Virus record (IMG/VR): IMGVR_UViG_3300033067_002067
Coordinates: 9,301-73,300 of that record
From: a virus
Direction: 5' to 3' (one strand)
Length of the DNA stretch: 64,000 nt
The notes beneath the pieces were generated by a model. That model was not told the origin of the DNA and made no database searches. It saw only the letters and a program-made list of their open reading frames with translations. The position numbers and the translations under genes were made by a program. This document shows, piece after piece, positions 14,183-24,228 of this stretch (its first letter is position 1; every line of letters starts with the position of its first letter).

Positions 14183-14682
14183 TGGGAATTAAAGGGCAAA
14201 GAGGCGGCAGTAAACCAGCGTCTATTGAAAAGCGATTTTGGTCAAAAGTCAAAGTTGTAGACAACAGTTGTTGGGAGTGGCAAGGATCAAAAGATAGAGA
14301 TGGATATGGTCAAGCATTTCATGATCAAAAATTTATTGCTGCACACCGATTGTCATGGTTAGTTCATAAAGGCAATCTGCCTAATTTATTTGTATGCCAT
14401 AAATGCGATAATCCTTCTTGTGTCAATCCGGATCATCTTTTTCTAGGTACTAATTCTGACAACATGTTAGATATGGTCAAGAAAGGAAGAGCACCTAACA
14501 GAAAAGGATCCAACCATGGCATGGCAAAATTAAATGAAGACAAAGTAAAAGAAATAAAAAGGTTACTATCTAACGGTAGTACAATGTATGCTGTAGCTAA
14601 AGCGTATAATGTAACATTTGGTACAATTCGAAATATTAAAATGATAAAACTTGGACACATGTGCAGGTTTAAAACAAAGTAA
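14182..14682 (+). CDS. HNH endonuclease (HNH_3/AP2-like)
   Basis: WEWQGSKDRDGYG...HRLSW...CHKCDNPSCVNPDHLFLGTNSDN core; C-terminal helix-turn-helix-like tail. Confidence 0.75.
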   Translation: MGIKGQRGGSKPASIEKRFWSKVKVVDNSCWEWQGSKDRDGYGQAFHDQKFIAAHRLSWLVHKGNLPNLFVCHKCDNPSCVNPDHLFLGTNSDNMLDMVKKGRAPNRKGSNHGMAKLNEDKVKEIKRLLSNGSTMYAVAKAYNVTFGTIRNIKMIKLGHMCRFKTK

Positions 14683-14693
14683 AGGAATAAAGT

Positions 14694-14894
14694 ATGGAAC
14701 TTATCGAGCAGTTCAAGAGTGGAATGAAGAAGTCTTGGCTTAATGGCCGATCTGTTGGAGCATATTCCAATATTAACGGGCTGTGGGCCGCAATTTCAAC
14801 AACTGGCGAAGTAGATGTTTTTGACACCAAGAAGGAAGCTTCTAAGTGGCTCAAGAATCAATATCGCGCCCTTCCTGAAGATACGGTGCACTAA
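14694..14894 (+). CDS. hypothetical protein (66 aa)
   Basis: ORF. Confidence 0.45.
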   Translation: MELIEQFKSGMKKSWLNGRSVGAYSNINGLWAAISTTGEVDVFDTKKEASKWLKNQYRALPEDTVH

Positions 14895-15178
14895 TGCCTA
14901 TCTCATCAAAGTCTGAAAATAGCAGCTCAGAAAATCTCCTTGAACAAATTAGAGAAGATAATCTCTTTCCAGTTATTCTCCGCAATAGAGAAGATGGCGT
15001 AATTGTTCTCGTCAGTACTTACGATTGGGAAGACCGTGAATATAAGGGTGTAATTATTGGTGAATATCCTGATGAAAATAACTTCACAATTGGTGAAAAC
15101 TATTCTATCTGGGACACTGAAAAAAACATTTATGAGATTTACACCTCTCCAATAACGTTGCAGTATGAACATGAGTAA
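14894..15178 (+). CDS. hypothetical acidic protein (94 aa)
   Basis: ATGA-type overlap. Confidence 0.5.
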   Translation: MPISSKSENSSSENLLEQIREDNLFPVILRNREDGVIVLVSTYDWEDREYKGVIIGEYPDENNFTIGENYSIWDTEKNIYEIYTSPITLQYEHE

Positions 15179-15566
15179 TATTATTGAAATTGTTCTTTAC
15201 TTAATCTTCTTGCATTGGGTGGCTGACTTTGTGATTCAAACACATTGGCAGGCATCCAATAAGAGCAAGAATTGGGTAGCACTTTCTTCCCACGTTCTAA
15301 CTTATACGATAGCTATCTGCGTTGGCCTGACACTCTATATGGAAAATAGAGTTGGCTTGGAGTTTCGTGAGTTTTGGCCATTCTTGGCTACATGGACTCT
15401 TGTAAATGGAGCACTACATTTTGTAACAGATGCTATTACTTCACGTATAAATACATATCTATGGAATAAAGGAAGTGTTCACAACTTCTTTGTATCAGTA
15501 GGGTTTGATCAAGTACTTCATTACTTTGCGTTAATTGGTACTTTCTTTTTCCTGCTTGGTGTATAA
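15165..15566 (+). CDS. integral membrane protein (133 aa), DUF3307-like
   Basis: 3-4 hydrophobic helices; HWVADFVIQTHWQA motif. Confidence 0.5.
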   Translation: MNMSNIIEIVLYLIFLHWVADFVIQTHWQASNKSKNWVALSSHVLTYTIAICVGLTLYMENRVGLEFREFWPFLATWTLVNGALHFVTDAITSRINTYLWNKGSVHNFFVSVGFDQVLHYFALIGTFFFLLGV

Positions 15567-15571
15567 TAATT

Positions 15572-15646
15572 GCTGAGTTGGTATATTGGCTGTTGCCTTA
15601 GCCTTCCAAGCTAAAGAAATGGGTTCGATTCCCATACTCAGCTCCA
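15572..15646 (+). tRNA. tRNA-Gly (anticodon UCC), second copy
   Basis: acceptor gctgagt/actcagc, CCA; anticodon stem ttagc/gctaa loop cttccaa; T-arm atggg-ttcgatt-cccat. Confidence 0.85.
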
Positions 15647-15661
15647 AATTATAGGTTTGTT

Positions 15662-15982
15662 ATGAAAAACGTCTTGAATATTAATGAATATCCAGAAGAA
15701 GTATGGAAGCTTCTTGTAGATGACTATGAAGTTATTGAACAAGAGCACCGTAGAGGCTCTAACTTCTATACCAATGCTGTTATTCATATTGATGAAGACT
15801 TGGTGAATGAGTTTCCTATTCTTGCCCCTTATCCTGAATTGATTGGTAGTTTCCTTACAAACACTTTCATCTGGGATTCTGACTATGGTAATGATTGGAA
15901 TGATATTGATACTCTCACACGTGCTGAAGAGCGTAGGATTGAGAGGGTTATAACTGAAACAAAATGGATACCTGTTGAATGA
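15662..15982 (+). CDS. hypothetical acidic protein (106 aa)
   Basis: ORF. Confidence 0.5.
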   Translation: MKNVLNINEYPEEVWKLLVDDYEVIEQEHRRGSNFYTNAVIHIDEDLVNEFPILAPYPELIGSFLTNTFIWDSDYGNDWNDIDTLTRAEERRIERVITETKWIPVE

Positions 15983-16221
15983 AACCACTTGCTAATTATG
16001 TTGTATTAGATGTAGGCCTACCAAATAAAACTGGCCTTTTAATTCCTGATGCAGTAAAGAATATTCGAAATGACCATACTGCTATTGTTAAGGCAATTGG
16101 TCCTGATGTAACTTGCGTAAAGATTGGTGATGAAGTATTGTTTCGTCCTGGCTCTATGCTAGCGCATCGAAATGAGACAAATGTGATCGTAGAAGATAAA
16201 CACATTCTAGCGGTTCTATAA
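15979..16221 (+). CDS. GroES/Cpn10-like co-chaperonin (T4 gp31 analogue)
   Basis: KPL.NYVVLDV...TGLLIPD...IVKAIGPDV..VKIGDEVLF...NVIVEDKHILAVL parallels GroES beta-barrel and mobile-loop spacing. Confidence 0.6.
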   Translation: MKPLANYVVLDVGLPNKTGLLIPDAVKNIRNDHTAIVKAIGPDVTCVKIGDEVLFRPGSMLAHRNETNVIVEDKHILAVL

Positions 16222-16626
16222 ATGTCAAATGGCGTAATGTTAATCCTTAGAGGTATTCAGAATCTACTTCATGAAGCTCCTGCGATTGAATACGCTAAAC
16301 AAATGGGATACACTCCAGAGGTACTAGACGCGTCTGGTGAAACTGGAATGTATTCTGCCCAAACTAACCTTGCACTAAAAAGAATCAGAGATGGAAATGG
16401 CGATATTACTGCTCTGTATGGCTTTAGTGGCGGTGGGTATAACGCTTTACATATTTGGGATCGTCTAGAAGAAGACGAAAAGAAACAAATTAAAAAGATT
16501 GTCGTTATTGGTTCACCTGGAGTAAAATATGCTTCATTTGCTGGTATAGAAGATATTATTATCTATAATAATCCAGATGTTGCCCATATGAATCAAACTG
16601 ATGATTTCCTAAAAAATATGGTGTAA
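16222..16626 (+). CDS. hypothetical protein (134 aa)
   Basis: ORF. Confidence 0.5.
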   Translation: MSNGVMLILRGIQNLLHEAPAIEYAKQMGYTPEVLDASGETGMYSAQTNLALKRIRDGNGDITALYGFSGGGYNALHIWDRLEEDEKKQIKKIVVIGSPGVKYASFAGIEDIIIYNNPDVAHMNQTDDFLKNMV

Positions 16627-16711
16627 CATGCCATTACAAGATGATAATGTTCTAGCGATATTGATTTGTCTTGCGCTTATTCCATTAATTATACTAGCGC
16701 TTAAAAAGAAA

Positions 16712-16789
16712 TAGGCCTATAGCATAAAGGTTAATGCCACCAGCTCATAACTGGTTTTTATCTCAGTTCAATTCTGAGTGGGCCTACCA
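16712..16789 (+). tRNA. tRNA with CAU anticodon (third copy; Met/fMet/Ile2)
   Basis: acceptor aggccta/tgggcct, A73, CCA; D gcat/atgc; anticodon stem accag/ctggt loop ctcataa; T-arm ctcag-ttcaatt-ctgag. Confidence 0.8.
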
Positions 16790-16824
16790 TTCCTAACCTA
16801 TTGATCTACATGCTAAGTCCATGC

Positions 16825-16853
16825 TTGATCTACCTGTGAGAACATGCTATATT
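16825..16853 (+). promoter_or_regulatory. sigma70-like early promoter (TTGATC, 17 nt, TATATT), copy A of a repeated promoter
   Basis: cttgatctacctgtgagaacatgctatattaag; near-identical to 38707-38735. Confidence 0.5.
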
Positions 16854-16860
16854 AAGTAAT

Positions 16861-17256
16861 ATGATGAACATGGAGAGCAAAGCTATGGAATTTCTGCACA
16901 AGGAAGAAGCAGTAATTGGCGTTTATTATATGCAAAAGCATACGCTTGATCCTCGTGGCGGTATTCAGTTTATGGATTGCGAAGGTGACATTCAGGTTTG
17001 GGTTACTGATTGTACTTCTATGAACGAACTTTATAACGGTGTAATTAAATTAATTATGGAAAAGCATAATCAAACTTACGATAATGCTGTTGAAATTTTT
17101 AATGAAATTACTATGGATTGGGCATTTTGTGGTTGCCCTGTAGATGAGTTTGACGATAAGCGTACGCCTGAAGACTATACTGAAAAGCTGACTAAGGCTG
17201 AATATATTGCTCGTTTTTATGACGATCTTGAAATGTATGTTGAGGATTACCTCTAA
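16861..17256 (+). CDS. hypothetical protein (131 aa)
   Basis: ORF downstream of the promoter. Confidence 0.5.
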   Translation: MMNMESKAMEFLHKEEAVIGVYYMQKHTLDPRGGIQFMDCEGDIQVWVTDCTSMNELYNGVIKLIMEKHNQTYDNAVEIFNEITMDWAFCGCPVDEFDDKRTPEDYTEKLTKAEYIARFYDDLEMYVEDYL

Positions 17257-17265
17257 GGATATAAT

Positions 17266-18129
17266 ATGCGCATTGGTTTTATGAGCGATTTGCATTTGGA
17301 GTTTAGAAATAAGCATCCAAAGCTTTATCAAGACAATCCTGAAAACTATGGCGATGTTCTTATTCTAGCTGGCGATACTGTGCTGGCTAGATATCTGCCT
17401 GATTATATGACAGATGCTAACGCTCGTTCTTTCAAGAAGCTTTTGAACCTCCTGGAAGAAAAGCTGTTCAGTAAGTATACGCATGTGTTTATGGTTGCAG
17501 GCAATCACGAACATTATAATGGTATCTTTTCACGTACCGTTCCTGAGATGAAGAAGTATTTCGAAGGCCCTGGTAAGAACGTCAAGGTTTTTGATAACGA
17601 CTTTGTCGATATTGGTGATGTTCGATTTGTAGGTTCTACTCTGTGGGCAGATTTCCATAAGGGTAATCCTGTAAGTATGGATAACTGTCGCCATGGTATG
17701 AACGATTTCCGTCTTATCTATCGTCAGAATCCTCTCGAATTGACTTATGTCGATCGAATGGATCCTTTTGCTGGTGCTATCACTCCTGATTTTATTCTGT
17801 CTGAGCATACTATTGCAAAGCAGTATATTAACGAAGTGATCAAGACTGATAAGGACGTTTTCGTTTTTACGCATCACGCTCCTACTTACCATGGTTCAGG
17901 TCGTGATCGCTATGGTACTGAGTTGGAAGGTGCTTATTGTTCGGATCTTTCTGAGATGATTCTCGATAATCCAAACATTAAGTACTGGATTCACGGCCAT
18001 ACGCATATTAACACAGACTATATGGTTGGTGATTGTCACGTAATCTCTAACCAGTGTGGTTATGCTAGTATGTTTGCTGGTGATCAACCTTGGGAAACGT
18101 TTGTAGGACCGCGACATGTCGAACTTTAA
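17266..18129 (+). CDS. calcineurin-like metallophosphoesterase
   Basis: SDLH ... LAGD ... GNHEH motif series. Confidence 0.75.
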   Translation: MRIGFMSDLHLEFRNKHPKLYQDNPENYGDVLILAGDTVLARYLPDYMTDANARSFKKLLNLLEEKLFSKYTHVFMVAGNHEHYNGIFSRTVPEMKKYFEGPGKNVKVFDNDFVDIGDVRFVGSTLWADFHKGNPVSMDNCRHGMNDFRLIYRQNPLELTYVDRMDPFAGAITPDFILSEHTIAKQYINEVIKTDKDVFVFTHHAPTYHGSGRDRYGTELEGAYCSDLSEMILDNPNIKYWIHGHTHINTDYMVGDCHVISNQCGYASMFAGDQPWETFVGPRHVEL

Positions 18130-18322
18130 TGAAAAAGAAGGGTATATGTGTCTCACTGATTATGAGTGGCATCTCGAGTCCTGGCCGCGGGATGAACTTG
18201 GTGCGATCGTATACCCTTCAGTAAAGGCACTTGAAGCGGCTCGCTCTTGTGTGCGAGACGAATGTGGTATTGTTAAGGTAAAGATTCAACTTGTAGAAGT
18301 TATTAAAGATGAAGATTTCTGA
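18116..18322 (+). CDS. hypothetical protein (68 aa)
   Basis: overlaps the previous stop. Confidence 0.4.
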   Translation: MSNFNEKEGYMCLTDYEWHLESWPRDELGAIVYPSVKALEAARSCVRDECGIVKVKIQLVEVIKDEDF

Positions 18323-18575
18323 ATCAGAGCTGCTCACTATTCTAACTGATAGTGCTCATCAAGTTGAAAGAGCAAAACCAGTTGAACCTAATTGGGTTGG
18401 TCCTGATCCAGAATGGTTTGAAATGTTTATTGAAACTGTACTGCTTCAGTTAGAGGCAAGAGAGGAATAAGATGAAATCTCCATACGGTAAGATCGCTTT
18501 CGTTTTGATTGGTTCGTTTTTGATGGCCATTATTCTTATGGCATCAGTAATTGCAACAGCTCCAGCTGGTACATA

Positions 18576-18977
18576 ATGAAACAAGATCTTAATAAGCTTC
18601 GTGAAAAGTATCCCAAAGTCTTTCCTCATGCTATTTCTCTTGATGAAGAAAAAGGCACCAACTTTAAGTGGTGGGGCTTTGAATGTGGCCCTGGCTGGTA
18701 CGAGATTCTCGATTCAGCTGGTCTAGCTATTACTGCTCTTATCAAGCAAGCTGAGAACGACAAGAAAAAGCTTAAGTTCGAGACTCTGCAGATCAAAGAA
18801 AAGTTTGGCGATCTTCGCTGGTATTATCGTTGCTCTGATAAAAGAGTAGATGGTATTATCTTAATGGCAGAAGTTATGTCAAGTAAGACTTGTGAAAAAT
18901 GTGGCAAGCCTGGTGCTATAGATACTGAAGCTACTTGGTATGCAGTACTTTGCAAACGTTGTAGGAATAAGAAATGA
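18576..18977 (+). CDS. hypothetical protein with C-terminal CxxC...CxxC zinc ribbon (133 aa)
   Basis: CEKCGK...CKRC. Confidence 0.5.
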   Translation: MKQDLNKLREKYPKVFPHAISLDEEKGTNFKWWGFECGPGWYEILDSAGLAITALIKQAENDKKKLKFETLQIKEKFGDLRWYYRCSDKRVDGIILMAEVMSSKTCEKCGKPGAIDTEATWYAVLCKRCRNKK

Positions 18978-19549
18978 CAATCTGGTTTATCAGTGACCCG
19001 CATTTTGGTCACGAAAATATCATCAAGTTCACTGGGCTAGATGGCAATAAGATTCGCCCAGGCTTCAATGATATTGATCACATGAATACTACTATCATCC
19101 AGCATTGGAATAGTATGATCTCACCTTCCGATAAGGTGTACTGCATGGGCGACTTTGGTAACCCAGATATTGCAGCGCAGCTTAATGGTAAGAAGCGTCT
19201 GATTCTAGGTAACCATGACGTTAAGTGGGATAAGCTGCATAAGTACTTTCAGAAGATCAGTCTAATTCGCTGGTTCAATGAAGATGGTGTTAACTTTGTA
19301 GTATCGCATTGTCCGCTTCGTTTTGATGCAGATTCTCTACCGCATCGTCAGGTACATTTTAATGTACATGGCCATATTCATGAGAAGCTTGTTAAGACTG
19401 AGCATGGCACTGATGATCTACGTTATGTGAATCTGTGTGTTGAACATACTGATTGGAAGCCGGTCAATATGGATCAACTAGTTAAGATGATGAAAGATCG
19501 TATGGAAGACCCGGCTTATAAAGCTCCAATCTATGGAAAGGTTTTGTAA
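18974..19549 (+). CDS. metallophosphoesterase (second copy, Ser/Thr-phosphatase-like)
   Basis: SDPHFGH ... MGDFGN ... GNHD ... HGHIHE. Confidence 0.75.
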   Translation: MTIWFISDPHFGHENIIKFTGLDGNKIRPGFNDIDHMNTTIIQHWNSMISPSDKVYCMGDFGNPDIAAQLNGKKRLILGNHDVKWDKLHKYFQKISLIRWFNEDGVNFVVSHCPLRFDADSLPHRQVHFNVHGHIHEKLVKTEHGTDDLRYVNLCVEHTDWKPVNMDQLVKMMKDRMEDPAYKAPIYGKVL

Positions 19550-19893
19550 TGAAAGAGCAATACGCGACTGTCTTTAATAAATTGCTTGAAAATGAATTTG
19601 CTGATGCAACAGGTACTGACCTTGTTGATATTGGTATGAGCTTTACTATCCTTGGTCTAGATAATCATGTTAAGGACGAAGGATATACCAAGGCCATTCA
19701 GGAAGCTAAGGTTGTTGCAGATGCTATGCGCTTGCTGGCGCAGGGGCTTGTACAAATGAAAGTAATGGAGGAGATGCTTGGACGAGAACGATTCCGAGAG
19801 CTTATCGAATCACATAAAGATGAAATCGAAGCGCGCTTTGAGGCGCTGCAGCGCCTTCGCGCTCATTGCGAAAAGCGAAATACCAGCGGGTAA
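19549..19893 (+). CDS. hypothetical protein (114 aa)
   Basis: ORF. Confidence 0.5.
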   Translation: MKEQYATVFNKLLENEFADATGTDLVDIGMSFTILGLDNHVKDEGYTKAIQEAKVVADAMRLLAQGLVQMKVMEEMLGRERFRELIESHKDEIEARFEALQRLRAHCEKRNTSG

Positions 19894-20090
19894 AAAGCCG
19901 CATTAAGAATACATGGGGCAAGTACTGGGCAGCTAACAATGAGTTTATTGAACAAGCTACCCAGCGCCATGTAGATAATGCTGCTAAGTGTTCATGCTGG
20001 ATGTGTGGACATAAGCGTAAAATCGAAGGAGCACCAATTCGTGAAAAACGAAAGCTCCAAGAAAAGATTAAGGACCAGCTAGATGAGTAA
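19866..20090 (+). CDS. hypothetical basic protein (74 aa)
   Basis: ORF. Confidence 0.4.
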   Translation: MRKAKYQRVKSRIKNTWGKYWAANNEFIEQATQRHVDNAAKCSCWMCGHKRKIEGAPIREKRKLQEKIKDQLDE

Positions 20091-20535
20091 AGTAGTAATA
20101 GCTGGTTCTCGTGATTTCTTTGACGAAGAGATTGTGTTCAATGGTATTGAGCGCGCTCTTCGTCTTTTTCGTACGTACCCTACAGAAGTATTTTCTGGTA
20201 AAGCTAAAGGTGTTGATAGGCTAGGAGAGCTTTGGGCTTATAAGAATAACGTTCCTATCAAGCCATTTCCTGCTGCTTGGAAGACACATGGGGCAGCTGC
20301 CGGTCCTATCCGCAATGCGCAAATGGCTTTCTTTTGTGATTATGGTATTGTTTTTGTAAATGAAGATTCACCAAATGGCTCTCCTGGTTCAAGAGGAATG
20401 GCCAAATTGCTAGCACAACACAAGAAGAAAAACATTGTGTTCTATATAAAGGACCAGAAAGTACGTGCAGTCTATCTGAATGGTGCCTATATTGATAGCA
20501 ATGATGTTGTAGTTGACACTATATTTTTCTCATAG
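20083..20535 (+). CDS. DprA/SLOG-like Rossmann-fold protein (DUF2493-type)
   Basis: N-terminal VVIAGSRDF ... GKAKGVDRLGELWA resembles the GSR-motif SLOG/DprA family; tentative. Confidence 0.45.
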   Translation: MSKVVIAGSRDFFDEEIVFNGIERALRLFRTYPTEVFSGKAKGVDRLGELWAYKNNVPIKPFPAAWKTHGAAAGPIRNAQMAFFCDYGIVFVNEDSPNGSPGSRGMAKLLAQHKKKNIVFYIKDQKVRAVYLNGAYIDSNDVVVDTIFFS

Positions 20536-20544
20536 GAGATAATC

Positions 20545-20748
20545 ATGGGTTGGGGTTCAGGCTCTTCCATCGCTGAAGAAATTATTAACAAGGTAACCAA
20601 GAGTAAGAAGTTTACTGACGATCAGTGTGAGTTTATTGCTGCTACTCTGATCAATGCATTTGAAGATGCTGATTGTGATACTCTAGACGAAGTGCGTAAT
20701 AAGATCTTTCAAAAAGTATGGCAGCAAATGAATGGTGCTGAGCAGTGA
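20545..20748 (+). CDS. hypothetical protein (67 aa)
   Basis: ORF. Confidence 0.45.
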   Translation: MGWGSGSSIAEEIINKVTKSKKFTDDQCEFIAATLINAFEDADCDTLDEVRNKIFQKVWQQMNGAEQ

Positions 20749-21011
20749 GTGAAGATAATCATGAAGAGTTAGAATGGGCAAAGAACTGCAAGTATGCAGT
20801 TATTGCTGTTAACTCCAGGGGTAAAATTCTTCATACTATTTTTCAGGATCATAAGCCTACCGAGAAAGATTTTCTTCATTATGAAGAAGAGCTCTCTACA
20901 GATGAAGAGCTAGGTATGGTTCATGAAGACGATTGGCATCTTATTGAAGCTAATGAGCCCACTTTAGCATTGTTAAAACAAAAGCTGTTTGAAGTTGAAA
21001 ATGAAAAGTGA
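20745..21011 (+). CDS. hypothetical acidic protein (88 aa)
   Basis: ORF. Confidence 0.45.
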   Translation: MSEDNHEELEWAKNCKYAVIAVNSRGKILHTIFQDHKPTEKDFLHYEEELSTDEELGMVHEDDWHLIEANEPTLALLKQKLFEVENEK

Positions 21012-21207
21012 TATTGTAGCTAAGTTGAGAAATAGAGCTCATATTCTGGGCCTAGATGGTTTTTATACCGAAGCCTGGATGAATGAAGAAGCGGCTGAAA
21101 CTATCGAATTCCTTCGCCAGGAAAACCAACGTCTTGAAGAATTAGTTGAAAAAGTCTCTAACGTAAGAATGATGAAACATGAGAGAAAATCTGCAGAACG
21201 AGATTAA
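20989..21207 (+). CDS. hypothetical protein (72 aa)
   Basis: ORF. Confidence 0.4.
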   Translation: MKLKMKSDIVAKLRNRAHILGLDGFYTEAWMNEEAAETIEFLRQENQRLEELVEKVSNVRMMKHERKSAERD

Positions 21208-21601
21208 TGAACAGCTTGCTATAGCACGTAAGCGTTTGCCTCATATGAGCATGACTGAAGTGATTGATTATGTAATTGACGAAGCTTATAAGCCTTATGA
21301 GAAAGGCAATATGGGCCGCCGCAATGTCGATGTTCATCGCAAGACATCTGATCGCGATCTCTTGAAAGCATTGAAGCGTTATAATAAAGCGACAGAACCT
21401 AAGCCTATTCCTTTCATTACAAATGGAAAGATTATGCTAACGAAAAATGAGATTGAAGCACTCTCTCAGTTTGTGCTTGAACGTCCTCATGAAGGTCCTT
21501 ATACTCTTACTATCAGCAATAAGAGCGGAATTGGCCAAGCTACAATTGTAGAAAGCTTGGCTGAAGAAACCAAAGATATTACTGACTACGATAAGTGGTA
21601 A
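21179..21601 (+). CDS. hypothetical protein (140 aa)
   Basis: ORF. Confidence 0.5.
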   Translation: MRENLQNEINEQLAIARKRLPHMSMTEVIDYVIDEAYKPYEKGNMGRRNVDVHRKTSDRDLLKALKRYNKATEPKPIPFITNGKIMLTKNEIEALSQFVLERPHEGPYTLTISNKSGIGQATIVESLAEETKDITDYDKW

Positions 21602-21664
21602 GCTAAATAAATTATGTAAGAGCCAGGGGAGTCCTGGTTCTCAAAGTCAATAGGAGTTATTGAC

Positions 21665-22705
21665 ATGTATGACTATCTCGTCTTTATTGGGCGATTCGCG
21701 CCCTACCATTCAGGCCACCATGCTGTGGTTTCTGAAGCTCTCAAAAGAACAAAGCATTTGATTATAGTGCTTGGCTCCGCAGGCCAACCTCGTTCTTTTA
21801 GAAATCCCCTCTTTACACACGAGCGCCGTGAAATTATACTTTCTACTCTTTTGGCAGAAGGTGTTGATACCGAGCGTGTCACGTTTGTAGAGGCTATTGA
21901 TTATCCCTATAATGATGAAAAGTGGATTACCCAGATTCAATCTCTGGTTAATAGCGTTGTCTTTCGTAAGTGGCAAGCCGGCCCTGTAAAGGTTGGTCTT
22001 GTTGGATTTGCAAAGGACCATTCTTCTTACTACCTCAAGATGTTTCCTCAGTGGGATTCAGTTAACGTAGAAACGAAAAATAAGTGCAACGCTACTGACT
22101 ATCGTAATCGCTTCTTCCGTAAGTTTACTCCTGATGAATTGGTTGATCACTTCTATATCAATCCAGTTCATAAGCAGAACGTTCTTTACTACTGCCAAAA
22201 GGCTGGTAAAGAAGGAATCTTCGAAGAAGCAGAGTATATCCACAATTACAAAATGTCATGGCAAGGCTCTCCTTTTCCTCCCACGTTTGTTTGCGTAGAT
22301 GCTCTTGTTACACAATCAGGACATATTCTGGTTGTTGAGCGAGGACATTCTCCCGGCAAAGGCCAGCTAGCTCTTCCTGGCGGTTTCGTTAATCAGAACG
22401 AACGACTGAAAGATGCTGCTGTACGTGAGCTATATGAAGAAACTGGACTTAAGGTTCCCAAGCCTGTTCTATATGGATCAATTTCAGACTCTAAGGTGTT
22501 TGATGATCCACATCGCTCACAGCGCGGAAGAACTATTACACAGTGTTTCCACTTCCAGCTTGCTGATCAAGAAAAGCTACCCAAAGTAAAGGGTGGTGAT
22601 GATGCTGCTCATGCTTTCTGGATGCCTTTTGCTGATTATGTAAAGGGTCGTGAGAAATTCTTTGAAGATCATTTCGCCATGATCGAAACAATGCTGGGAT
22701 TCTAA
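21665..22705 (+). CDS. bifunctional NMN adenylyltransferase / Nudix hydrolase (NadM/NatV-like)
   Basis: N-terminal (H/T)xGH nucleotidyltransferase motif [12 protein letters not shown]; C-terminal Nudix box RELYEETGL. Confidence 0.8.
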   Translation: MYDYLVFIGRFAPYHSGHHAVVSEALKRTKHLIIVLGSAGQPRSFRNPLFTHERREIILSTLLAEGVDTERVTFVEAIDYPYNDEKWITQIQSLVNSVVFRKWQAGPVKVGLVGFAKDHSSYYLKMFPQWDSVNVETKNKCNATDYRNRFFRKFTPDELVDHFYINPVHKQNVLYYCQKAGKEGIFEEAEYIHNYKMSWQGSPFPPTFVCVDALVTQSGHILVVERGHSPGKGQLALPGGFVNQNERLKDAAVRELYEETGLKVPKPVLYGSISDSKVFDDPHRSQRGRTITQCFHFQLADQEKLPKVKGGDDAAHAFWMPFADYVKGREKFFEDHFAMIETMLGF

Positions 22706-22716
22706 GGAGAACTACA

Positions 22717-24069
22717 ATGTCTAATATTATTCTAAACACCGACTCTTACAAGATGTCGCACTTCTTGCAGTACCCTCCGCAGACTGCATTTGTGAATAGC
22801 TATATTGCTTCCCGCGGAGTAACTGATGTAACGATTGCAGGTAAGAATCCAGAGATCGTTAATCTGGGTCTGCAGATGTTCATTATGGAGTATCTGCAGA
22901 AACCTATTACAATTGATGATATTGAAGAGGCTCGTTATATTGCTCAGCTTCATGGCGTACCTTTTAATGAAGAAGGATGGATGAAGGTTCTGAAAAAGCA
23001 TTCTGGTTTTCTTCCTATCGAGATTGAAGGTCTGCCTGAAGGTACTCCTGTACCTGTTGGAACTACTCAGTATCAGGTTCGTAATACTGATCCTGAACTT
23101 CCTTGGGTAACGAGCTATATTGAGACTGCATTGCTTCGCGCAATTTGGTATCCTTCTACTGTTGCTACTATCTCACGAGAGATTAAGAAGGACATCAAGT
23201 ACTGGCTCGATAAGACTGCAATGGATACAGCTTCTGTTCTTCCGTTCCGTCTGCATGACTTCGGAGCTCGTGGTGTTAGCTCCAAAGAAGGTGCTGGTAT
23301 TGGTGGTCTAGCTCATATTGTTAACTTTAGCGGTACTGATACTATCGAAGCCCTGCAGTATGCATTCCATTACTACTATGCACATGGCATGCCTGCATTC
23401 TCTATTCCAGCTGCTGAACACAGCACTATTACAAGCTGGGGTAAGGAAAACGAGGCTGAAGCATATCGCAATATGCTAAAGCAGTTTGGTAAACCTGGTG
23501 CTCTAGTAGCTGTTGTATCTGACTCTTATGACATCTATAATGCTTGTGAAAAGATTTGGGGTGAGACTCTACATGATGAAGTACTTCGTACTGGCGCTAC
23601 AGTTGTTGTTCGACCTGACTCTGGTTACCCTGTTACCGTTGTCAATAGGGTACTCGATATCCTGGGTGATAAGTTCGGTTATGTAGAGAATCAGAAGGGC
23701 TATAAGGTACTTAACTCTGCTGTTCGCGTTATTCAGGGTGATGGTGTAGACAAGCAATCTATTACTGGTATCCTAATGACAATGGCAGAGAACGGTTGGT
23801 CTGCTGAGAACGTTGCATTTGGTATGGGTGGTGCTCTTCTGCAGAAGGTAAATCGCGATACATTCAAGTATGCCATGAAGGCTTCTGCTATCAAGAAGCA
23901 GAATGATATTTACTGGTCCGATGTATACAAGCAACCAGTAACTGATTCTATGAAGGTATCAAAGCGCGGTATTCAAACGGACGAAAGGTTCTTGACTTTC
24001 TATGAGAATGGTAATACAATGAATATTATTAGCTTTGATCAAGTTCGAGCGAATGCAGAAGTCAAATAA
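22717..24069 (+). CDS. nadV: nicotinamide phosphoribosyltransferase (NadV/NAMPT)
   Basis: N-terminal ILNTDSYKMSHF and overall 450-aa NAMPT-family pattern; adjacent to the NMNAT gene. Confidence 0.8.
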   Translation: MSNIILNTDSYKMSHFLQYPPQTAFVNSYIASRGVTDVTIAGKNPEIVNLGLQMFIMEYLQKPITIDDIEEARYIAQLHGVPFNEEGWMKVLKKHSGFLPIEIEGLPEGTPVPVGTTQYQVRNTDPELPWVTSYIETALLRAIWYPSTVATISREIKKDIKYWLDKTAMDTASVLPFRLHDFGARGVSSKEGAGIGGLAHIVNFSGTDTIEALQYAFHYYYAHGMPAFSIPAAEHSTITSWGKENEAEAYRNMLKQFGKPGALVAVVSDSYDIYNACEKIWGETLHDEVLRTGATVVVRPDSGYPVTVVNRVLDILGDKFGYVENQKGYKVLNSAVRVIQGDGVDKQSITGILMTMAENGWSAENVAFGMGGALLQKVNRDTFKYAMKASAIKKQNDIYWSDVYKQPVTDSMKVSKRGIQTDERFLTFYENGNTMNIISFDQVRANAEVK

Positions 24070-24228
24070 GGCCCATCAAACACATCCAGCAGCAGTACTG
24101 TGCGGTAAGTGGTATTGTATCAACTGTGGTTTGATGAGACTTAACAACGAAGCAACAAGGAAAGCCTGGGAGAAAAACTGCCCAGGCTCTCCTGCTGATC
24201 AACCAGCAGATGTGAAAGTGATTAGAAA

